Assembly (NCBI GenBank): GCA_031459625.1 | Contig: JAVKIH010000002.1 | Coordinates: forward strand, 42,958-106,957 | Length of the DNA: 64,000 nucleotides | Direction: 5' to 3' | DNA from: Candidatus Geohabitans tengchongensis | Lineage (GTDB): Bacteria; Sysuimicrobiota; Sysuimicrobiia; Sysuimicrobiales; Humicultoraceae | Part shown: one piece after another, positions 57,332-64,000 of the stretch | Layout of the letters: each line of letters begins with the position of its first letter | Position numbering within the stretch: position 1 is the first letter of the stretch | Notes under the pieces: generated by a model | Told to the model about the DNA's origin: nothing | The model's input: only the letters and a program-made list of their open reading frames with translations | Databases searched by the model: none | Translations under genes and position numbers: made by a program

Positions 57332-58398
57332 CGGGCCCGCCACAGCAGCACCCCGGCCACCCCGCCCGTGATCAGGTTGGGCGCCCAGGCGGCGAGCACC
57401 GGCGGGAGGCGCTCCGTCTGTCCCAGCGCCAGGGTGGTGTTCAGCAGGACGTAGTAGCCGATGAGGATGACGACGGTGATGCCCAGCCCCAGCGCCGCCC
57501 CGCCGCGGTGGGGGCGCAGGCCGAGGGGCACCGCCAGCAGGGCGAAGATGACCGCACTGGCGGGGAAGGCCACGCGGGAGTGGAGCCAGACCACGTACTG
57601 GGCCACGGACTCGCTGGCGCGGCGCAGGACGGCGATGTAGGCGCGCAGCTCGCGGATGGTCATCTCCGAGGGGTCCTTGCGGCCGAGCAGGATCTCCCGC
57701 GGCGTACGCCGCAGCTCCACGGCCATCCGCGCGAAGGCCGCCCGCACCGTCGTCGGCCCGTCCAGCGCGTAGAGGGTCCCCCGCAGGAACTCCCAGCCGG
57801 CCCCCTGGCGGTAGCGCGCCTCCTCGGCCTCGATCACCCGCCGCAGGCGCCCCTCCTGGAACTCGTTCACGGTGAGGTGGCGCAGCACCGAGGCGTCCTC
57901 GCCGAAGCTGCGGGCGTAGAAGATGGAGACGCGCTCCCCGATCTCCTCGCGGAAGAGGATGTGGCTCCCCGCCACGCGCGGCGCCCCGGTGGCGTCGGCG
58001 AAGGCCCGGTTGTGCCGGTCCTCGCTCACCGGGACCACGGTCTCGGCCAGGAGGATGGTGAGGCCCGCCACCAGGACCGCCGTCACCACCACCGGCCCGG
58101 CCACGCGCAGCAGGCTGATGCCGCTCGTGCGCATCGCCACCACCTCGTTGCGCTCGGAGAGGCGGCCGAAGGCGAGCAGCGTGCCGAGCAGCAGGCCCAT
58201 GGGCAGCGAGAAGACCACGGCGTAGGGGACGCGCAGGAGGAGCAGGTGCAGGATCGTGCCCGGCGGCAGCTGCTGGTGCAGGGTGATGCGGGCCAGCAGG
58301 AAGAGGTGGTTCACCAGCAGGAACGTGGCGAAGACGGCCACGCCGAAGGCGAAGGGGCTGGCCACCTCGCGCACGACGTACCGGTCGAGGATGCGCAT
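57328..58398 (-). CDS. LPS export permease LptF/LptG family
   Basis: MRILDRYVVRE, NEVVAMRTSGIS, six-TM layout, AAWAPN. Confidence 0.92.
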   Translation of the reverse strand: MRILDRYVVREVASPFAFGVAVFATFLLVNHLFLLARITLHQQLPPGTILHLLLLRVPYAVVFSLPMGLLLGTLLAFGRLSERNEVVAMRTSGISLLRVAGPVVVTAVLVAGLTILLAETVVPVSEDRHNRAFADATGAPRVAGSHILFREEIGERVSIFYARSFGEDASVLRHLTVNEFQEGRLRRVIEAEEARYRQGAGWEFLRGTLYALDGPTTVRAAFARMAVELRRTPREILLGRKDPSEMTIRELRAYIAVLRRASESVAQYVVWLHSRVAFPASAVIFALLAVPLGLRPHRGGAALGLGITVVILIGYYVLLNTTLALGQTERLPPVLAAWAPNLITGGVAGVLLWRAR

Positions 58399-58401
58399 GG
58401 G

Positions 58402-59118
58402 TTACAGGCGGAAGCGCTCGCCCAGGTAGAAGCGCCGCGCCTCCTCGCTGGCCATGATCTCCTGGGCCGTCCCGGCGAAGAGGATCCGCCCCTCGTAGAT
58501 GATGAGCGCCCGGTCGGTGATGGCCAGCGTGTCGCGCACGTTGTGGTCGGTGACGACCACGCCCAGGCCGCGGCGGCGCAGGTAGAGGACGATCTCCTGG
58601 ATGTCGGCCACCGACTTCGGGTCGATGCCGGTGAAGGGCTCGTCGAGCAGGATGTAGGCGGGGGCCATGGCCAGGACCCGGGCGATCTCCACGCGGCGCC
58701 GCTCGCCCCCCGACAGCGTCGCCCCCAGCTGCCGGCGGAGCGGCGTGAGGTGGAACTCCTCGAGGAGCCTGTCCAGCGTCTCACGCCGCTCCGCCGGCCG
58801 CTGCCCGTTCGCCTCGAGCACCATCAGGATGTTCTCCTCCACGGTGAGGCCACGGAAGACGGAGGGCTCCTGGGCCAGGTAGCCGATGCCCAGGCGGGCG
58901 CGCTGGTGCACCGGCAGCCCGGTCAGGTTGTGCCGGTCCAGCCACACCTCACCGGCGTTGGGCGGCACCAGACCCACGATCATGTAGAAGGTCGTCGTCT
59001 TGCCGGCGCCGTTCGGGCCCAGCACGCCCAGGATCTCGCCCCGCTCCACCTGCAGGGAGACCCCGTCCACGACGGTGCGGGGGCCGTAGCGCTTCACCAG
59101 GTTGCGGGCCGCCAGCAT
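58402..59118 (-). CDS. lptB: LPS export ABC ATPase
   Basis: GPNGAGKTTTFYM, GIGYLAQE, LSGGERRRVEIAR, DEPF, TDHNVRDT, YLGERF. Confidence 0.97.
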   Translation of the reverse strand: MLAARNLVKRYGPRTVVDGVSLQVERGEILGVLGPNGAGKTTTFYMIVGLVPPNAGEVWLDRHNLTGLPVHQRARLGIGYLAQEPSVFRGLTVEENILMVLEANGQRPAERRETLDRLLEEFHLTPLRRQLGATLSGGERRRVEIARVLAMAPAYILLDEPFTGIDPKSVADIQEIVLYLRRRGLGVVVTDHNVRDTLAITDRALIIYEGRILFAGTAQEIMASEEARRFYLGERFRL

Positions 59119-59132
59119 CGCTCGACTCCTGC

Positions 59133-59852
59133 TCAGGGCGCGGCCGGGCGCGCGGCCAGGTGCAGGCGCGGCCGGCCGGTCGCCACCGCCCGCCGCCCGT
59201 TCAGGTCGACGGTGATGGTCTCCGCGGTGAGGACGTCCTCCCCGCGCCGCACCACCGCGCCGCCGGTGAGGACGGCCAGGCCGCGCTGCCGGTCGAAGCG
59301 CCCCTGCGGCGCCTCCCCCCGCCACGGCCCGGCCTCCAGGCGCACGCCCTCCCGCCCCTGGGCCGTCTCCTGGCGCAGGTCCACCGTCAGGTGGCCGGCC
59401 GTGAGGACGGCCGGCCCCTCCTCCCGCTCCTCCACCAGCCGCGCGCCGGCATCGGCCACCACGGTGCGCGCGCGCACGTCGGCCACGAGCCGCGGGGCGG
59501 TCACCGTGAGCGTCCCGCGCCGCACCTCCACGCCCCCCGTGGCCACGGCCTGCCCGGTGCGCTCGTCGTACCGGACCTCCGGTGCGGCCAGGCGCGCCTC
59601 GCCGTAGCGGATGACCACCGGCTCGCCGCGCAGGAGCCACGTGCGCGCGGCCGCGTCGTACTCGGCGTAGACGATGCCGGTGGCATCCAGCGCCGGCGGG
59701 CCCGCCGGGGGTGCCGCCGGCTGCGCCGCCGCCGGCACCGTCCCGGCCGCCAGGACCAGGGCGAGCGCGAGGACCAGGCCGAGGACCGCCAGGCGCGCGC
59801 CCTGCGGGCGCGCCGGGGCCGCTCGCTGCGTCCTGCTCGCATGACCGGTCAT
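59133..59852 (-). CDS. LptA/OstA-family periplasmic protein
   Basis: Signal peptide, repeated beta-jellyroll strands (ATGGV, LTA..I); lies between lptC and lptB. Confidence 0.8.
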   Translation of the reverse strand: MTGHASRTQRAAPARPQGARLAVLGLVLALALVLAAGTVPAAAQPAAPPAGPPALDATGIVYAEYDAAARTWLLRGEPVVIRYGEARLAAPEVRYDERTGQAVATGGVEVRRGTLTVTAPRLVADVRARTVVADAGARLVEEREEGPAVLTAGHLTVDLRQETAQGREGVRLEAGPWRGEAPQGRFDRQRGLAVLTGGAVVRRGEDVLTAETITVDLNGRRAVATGRPRLHLAARPAAP

Positions 59853-60532
59853 CGCTCCGCCTCATGGACGCGGACGCGGATGTGGCCGACGAGGCGCGTC
59901 CGCCGCAGGGCCACGTCGCTCTCCAGGCGGTCCGCGCGCACTTCCATCCCTCCCTGGACCAGCCGCACGCCGCCCGTGGCAGTGAGCCGCCGCGCCGCGG
60001 CGTTCCAGTGCACGCGCGCCGCCGCCAGGCGCCGCCCTGTCGGCGTGTGGGCGCGCACGCCGCCCGTCAGAGACACGTCCCGGCTGCGCAGGTCGAAGAC
60101 GCCGCCGGCGGCCGCCACGGTCACGACGCGCCGCCCCTGCTCGTAGAAGTGCCCGGTCACCTGCTCCAGCCTGACCTCCTGCCGTTCATTGTCGACCACC
60201 AGCCCGCGCGCCTCCAGTTCCCACTGCAGCCGCCCCGCCGGGTCGGCGGCGCTCAGGCGCCCCTCCGACATCTGCACGGCCGGGATGCCGGGGAGCGGGG
60301 CCGGCGATCCCTCACCCGGCGACGGCGGTGCCGCTCCCGGCGACGGTGCAGCGGCTGCCGGCGACGGTACAGCGGCTCCCGGCGACGGTGCAGCGGCTGC
60401 CGGCGATGGTGCACTGGCTCCCGGCGTGGCGGGCGTCGCTGGGGGGCGGTGCTGTCCCTGAATCAGCCAGGCCGCCGCCGCCACCGCCACCGTCGTCATG
60501 ACGACGGCGAGCAGGAGCCGGTTCCCGCTCAC
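59849..60532 (-). CDS. lptC: LptC-family protein
   Basis: N-terminal TM, GRLQWELEA, VSLTGGV, HWN, GGVRL; operon position. Confidence 0.82.
   Translation of the reverse strand: MSGNRLLLAVVMTTVAVAAAAWLIQGQHRPPATPATPGASAPSPAAAAPSPGAAVPSPAAAAPSPGAAPPSPGEGSPAPLPGIPAVQMSEGRLSAADPAGRLQWELEARGLVVDNERQEVRLEQVTGHFYEQGRRVVTVAAAGGVFDLRSRDVSLTGGVRAHTPTGRRLAAARVHWNAAARRLTATGGVRLVQGGMEVRADRLESDVALRRTRLVGHIRVRVHEAER
60316..60420. repeat. 21-nt in-frame tandem repeat x5 in the lptC linker
   Basis: CCGGCGACGGTGCAGCGGCT(G/C)-type units encoding PSP[AG]AA[AVP] heptads. Confidence 0.9.
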
Positions 60533-60567
60533 AGGAGGGTCTCCGGGTCACGCATGCGGCGGGGACG

Positions 60568-60762
60568 TCACGGCTCGATCCGTTTCCCCTGTCCCGCCAG
60601 CGAGGCATTCACCTCGGCGGCGCGTGCCGCTTCGGTCCGGCCGAGCGGAATGATGTCGGTCCCGAAGGCGTCCTCGAACGCCCGCAGGTCCGATGCTCGA
60701 AAGGCCTCCTGCACCCCTCATCGTGAGCCCACATCCTCTGCGTCCACCACCAGTGTATTCAA
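60568..60762 (-). pseudogene. Possible decayed VapC/PIN-like gene
   Basis: TTG overlapping the lpxB stop: MNTLVVDAEDVGSR*GVQEAF..FEDAFGTDIIPLGRTEAARAAEVNASLAGQGKRIEP*. Confidence 0.5.
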
Positions 60763-61931
60763 GCCCCCGGCCGCGCCGGCGCGTCCACAAGCCCCAGGAT
60801 CGCCTCGGCGGCCCGGCCCGCGGCCCCGCCCGGGCCCAGCCGGTCGCGCAGCGCCAGCAGCGTCTCTCGCATCTCCGCGCGCCGACCGGGTGAGCGCAAC
60901 CAGGCGACCATCTCCGCGGCCAGCCGCTGCGGCGTGAGCGCCTCCTGGAGGAGCTCGGGGACGACCAGACGCCCCGCCACGAGCGAGGGGAGACCGGCCG
61001 TTCCCACCGCCGCCAGGCGCCGCGCCACCCACCAGGTCGTGCGCGAGAGCCGGTAGACGATCACCATGGGGACGCCGAGGACCATCGCCTCCAGCGTCGC
61101 CGTCCCGCTGCAGACCACGGCGAAGTCCGCCGCGCCGAGCGCCGCATAGCCCTCCGGCGTGCCTCCCGGCACCAGGCGCACCGGAATGCCCGAGGGCACC
61201 GCCCGGTCCAGCGTGCGGGCCGTCCAGGGGTGGAACGGCGCGGCGGCGACCAGCACCACGGCCTGGAGTCCGGGCACCTCCTCGGCGGCCAGGCCGAGCG
61301 CCCGCGCCATCACCGGCAGGTGGCGGCGGAGCTCCTGCCAGCGGCTGCCGGGCAGGAGGGCCACCGTGGGACCGTCGCCGAGGGCCAACCGGGCTCGCAC
61401 CTCGCCGGCGGCATCGGAGGGACGGACGCGGTCGAGCACCGGGTGCCCGACGAAGACCGCGTCGGCACCAGCCGACCGGTACGCCTCCGCCTCGAAGGTG
61501 AAGGCGGGCAGCAGGTGCAGGCCCAGCGCGGCGATGCGGCGCGCCCGGTCACCGCGGCGGGTGGAGACCATGGGCGGCAGGAAGTAGGCGATGGGGACGG
61601 CCCCGCGCAGGCGGTGCGCCAGGACGAGGTTGAACCCGGGGAAGTCGATGAGGACCAGCACCGCCGGCCGGACCCGGCGGATCAGCCGCTCCACGCGGCG
61701 CAGGCGCAGGAGGAAGGCCGGCAGGTGCACCACCGCCTCGGCCCAGCCGATCACCCCCCACGCCGTGGTGTCCAGCAGCACGTCGCACCCGGCGGCGGCC
61801 ATGCGCGGTCCGCCCACCCCCACCAGGGTGAGGTCGGGGCGCCGCGCCCGCAGCGCGGCGACGAGGTCGCTGCCGTAGATGTCCCCCGAGACCTCACCGG
61901 CCACCAGGAAGAGGGCGGGCCCCTCCCTCAC
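60759..61931 (-). CDS. lpxB: Lipid-A-disaccharide synthase
   Basis: VAGEVSGD, GVGGPRM, IDFPGFN, FVGHP, LLPGSR, SGTATLE, VPELLQ. Confidence 0.95.
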   Translation of the reverse strand: MREGPALFLVAGEVSGDIYGSDLVAALRARRPDLTLVGVGGPRMAAAGCDVLLDTTAWGVIGWAEAVVHLPAFLLRLRRVERLIRRVRPAVLVLIDFPGFNLVLAHRLRGAVPIAYFLPPMVSTRRGDRARRIAALGLHLLPAFTFEAEAYRSAGADAVFVGHPVLDRVRPSDAAGEVRARLALGDGPTVALLPGSRWQELRRHLPVMARALGLAAEEVPGLQAVVLVAAAPFHPWTARTLDRAVPSGIPVRLVPGGTPEGYAALGAADFAVVCSGTATLEAMVLGVPMVIVYRLSRTTWWVARRLAAVGTAGLPSLVAGRLVVPELLQEALTPQRLAAEMVAWLRSPGRRAEMRETLLALRDRLGPGGAAGRAAEAILGLVDAPARPGA

Positions 61932-62788
61932 GGGAGGTCGACCGGCAGCGGCTCCCCCTCCTCGTCCACCACCGGCGCGCCGTTGCGCGACCAGCGCGCG
62001 ATCCCCCGACCGCCGGACTGCGACTGCTCGACGAAGACGATCAGCTCCTGGACCAGGGGGTGGTCGCCCAGCCGCTCGCGCAGCGCGGCCACGCCGGCGC
62101 GCAGCCCGCGGCGCCCGCCGTAGAGGAGCCGCAGCGCGCGGCGCAGGACCAGGACGTCGTCGGGGGAGATGCCGCGCCGCTGCAGGCCCACGCGGTTGAG
62201 CCCGCGCACCAGCGCGGGCTGCCCGACCACCATGGTGAAGGGCGGGGCGTCCTGCCGGACGACGCTGTAGCCGCCGACCATGGCCAGCCGTCCCACCCGG
62301 CAGAACTGGTGGATACCGCTCATCCCGCCCACGTAGGCGTCATCGTCGACCCGCACCCACCCCGCCAGCTGTGTGGTGTTCACGATGACGACCCGGTCGC
62401 CGATCTGACAGTTGTGCCCCAGGTGGACGTAGGCCATCAGGTAGCAGTCGCTGCCCACGACGGTGGCCAGCCCCTCCCCCGTGGCCCGGCTGATGTTGGC
62501 GTACTCGCGGATACGGTTGCGGTCGCCGATGCGCACGAAGCTGCGCTCTCCGCGGAAGTTGCGATCCTGGGGCACGGCACCGATCACCGCCCCCGTGGCG
62601 ATCTCGTTGTCCCGCCCGATGCGGCTGCCGTCCTCGATGACGACGTGCGGCCCCAGCACCGTCCCCGCCCCGATGACCACGTCCGCGCCCACCACCGCGT
62701 ACGGGCCGACGCGCACCCCCGGGTCGAGGTGGGCCTGCGGGTGCACCACTGCCGTGGGGTGGATGTCGGTCACCCGCACCTCGCTCAT
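61928..62788 (-). CDS. lpxA: UDP-GlcNAc acyltransferase LpxA, paralogue B
   Basis: IHPTAVV hexapeptide repeats, PQD, IRE, VHLGHNC, HQFCRVG, GLNRVGL. Confidence 0.92.
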   Translation of the reverse strand: MSEVRVTDIHPTAVVHPQAHLDPGVRVGPYAVVGADVVIGAGTVLGPHVVIEDGSRIGRDNEIATGAVIGAVPQDRNFRGERSFVRIGDRNRIREYANISRATGEGLATVVGSDCYLMAYVHLGHNCQIGDRVVIVNTTQLAGWVRVDDDAYVGGMSGIHQFCRVGRLAMVGGYSVVRQDAPPFTMVVGQPALVRGLNRVGLQRRGISPDDVLVLRRALRLLYGGRRGLRAGVAALRERLGDHPLVQELIVFVEQSQSGGRGIARWSRNGAPVVDEEGEPLPVDLP

Positions 62789-63630
62789 GACCGTCCCGCC
62801 TCCGCGTCCCGCGGCTGGAGCGGCGGGGCGTCCACCGCCACCACCGTGATCCCAGAGGCCTGGGCGGCGTGGCGCACCTCCATGGGGTCGAGGAGGATCG
62901 TCCGGTGGGCCTCCAGGGCCAGGACCCGCGCCCGGACGGCGGCGAGTGTGGCCACCGTGTCGGGCCCCACCGTGGGGACGTCGAACCGCGGGTCCTGCTG
63001 CGTGCGGCCGACCTTCGCCACCACCGCCCCGGGGGCCATCGACCCGCCCCGGCGGATGGCCTCGTCCGTCCCCTCCGCCGCCTCCACCGCCAGCACCGCG
63101 CCGCCCTTGACCACGACCGTCTGCCCGACCTCCAGGTCGGCCAGGTGGCGCGCCACCCGCACGGCCACCTGGACGTCCGTGGCCTCTTCCGGGGCGGGCG
63201 GCGGCCCGGCCAGCACGCCCGGCGGGGCGAGCAGGTCCCCCACGTAGGCCAGCTGCTCCCCCACCCGGATGCCCCACCGGCCCAGGGCCGACGCCACCGC
63301 CGCGAGGAAGGGCTGGTCTCCCCGGTCCCGCACCGTCTCCAGCAGGCGACGTGCGGCCGCGTCCCCCCCGGCCAGGTCGCCGTGCACCGCCGCCCGGGAG
63401 AAGCGGCCGGCCAGCAGCACCTCGGTGACCCCCTCGCCTTGCAGCAGCGCCAGCAGGCGCCCGACCTCACCCAGCGGCGTCCGCACGTAGACGTCGGCGG
63501 CCTCGGCCAGCTGCGGACTCGCGCCGCGCACCTGGATGGCCAGGACCCGGCGGCCGCCGGCGCGCGCCCGCGCCGCCAGCACTTCGGGGAGGCGTCCCTC
63601 CCCGGCCAGGATGGCCAGCGTGCCGTTCAC
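62785..63630 (-). CDS. lpxI: UDP-2,3-diacylglucosamine pyrophosphatase
   Basis: ILAGEGRLP, VGQTVVV, AVEAAEGTD, QDPRFDVPTVG. Confidence 0.92.
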   Translation of the reverse strand: MNGTLAILAGEGRLPEVLAARARAGGRRVLAIQVRGASPQLAEAADVYVRTPLGEVGRLLALLQGEGVTEVLLAGRFSRAAVHGDLAGGDAAARRLLETVRDRGDQPFLAAVASALGRWGIRVGEQLAYVGDLLAPPGVLAGPPPAPEEATDVQVAVRVARHLADLEVGQTVVVKGGAVLAVEAAEGTDEAIRRGGSMAPGAVVAKVGRTQQDPRFDVPTVGPDTVATLAAVRARVLALEAHRTILLDPMEVRHAAQASGITVVAVDAPPLQPRDAEAGRS

Positions 63631-64000
63631 CGCTCCCACCGGATCACCCCGCGCTCGCGCTCCCGCGCCGCCCGCAGGAAGTCGATGAGCTCCCGCACCA
63701 GCGGGTGGTGGCCGAGCTCGGCTTCCAGGGCCAGCACCGCCGCGCCCATCCCCAGCCCCGACTGGTAGAGGATGCGGAAGGCCCGGCGCAGCGTGATGCG
63801 GTCGGCCGCGCTGACGCCGTGGCGGCGCAGCCCCACCAGGTTCAGGCCGCGGCAGCGCCCGGGCTGCCCCGCCGCCAGCATGAAGGGCGGCACGTCCTGG
63901 CGCAGCATCGCCTGGGCCGCCACCATGGCCAGGCGGCCCACGCGCACGAACTGGTGCAACGCGGCCATCCCGCCGACGTAGGCCCCGTCCTCCAGGACGA
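63627..64000 (-). CDS. lpxA: UDP-GlcNAc acyltransferase LpxA, paralogue A; 5' end outside window
   Basis: LHQFVRVG, QDVPPF, GLNLVGLRR, ERGVIR. Confidence 0.9.
   Translation of the reverse strand, partial: VLEDGAYVGGMAALHQFVRVGRLAMVAAQAMLRQDVPPFMLAAGQPGRCRGLNLVGLRRHGVSAADRITLRRAFRILYQSGLGMGAAVLALEAELGHHPLVRELIDFLRAARERERGVIRWER

Overview
Very GC-rich bacterial chromosomal window, almost entirely coding. It comes from a diderm Terrabacteria-type organism: it has lipid A/Lpt genes, an SLH-coiled coil-beta-barrel OmpM/SlpA-type protein and DUF3084. An Armatimonadota-related lineage is my inference, not a search result. Left to right: end of a NitT/TauT-type ABC permease; a prpD-family/comA-family pair; a purine catabolism operon (2Fe-2S subunit, 8-oxoguanine deaminase-like enzyme, xanthine dehydrogenase Mo subunit) divergent from a BMP-type nucleoside ABC importer; gatCAB-rlmD-like-gabT; gene remnants and a HEPN/MNT pair; a 16-kb peptide-ABC array (4 binding proteins, 3 permease pairs, 1 ATPase pair) with an embedded excisionase-type HTH gene; pcrA; a broken phd-vapC module; hpt-guaB3-guaA; pyrD-pyrF-pyrE; small secreted orphan genes and a 13-nt tandem array; ompM-like; an NHL protein; a cobalamin-riboswitch-controlled btuB-DUF71-DUF6580-tonB operon; and an lpxA-lpxI-lpxA-lpxB-lptCAB-lptF/G-arnT-GT2-DUF3084 outer-membrane cluster. 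The best leads are an intact RlmD homologue that has lost its catalytic and SAM-binding motifs but kept its Fe-S cysteines, a 65-aa secreted peptide with two conserved 19-aa cores, a B12 uptake operon with no BtuCDF, two divergent LpxA paralogues, and palindrome-filled 19-bp-spacer promoters before the HTH gene. I recognised no rRNA, tRNA, CRISPR array or transposase/integrase. All calls are by motif recognition; no searches were run.
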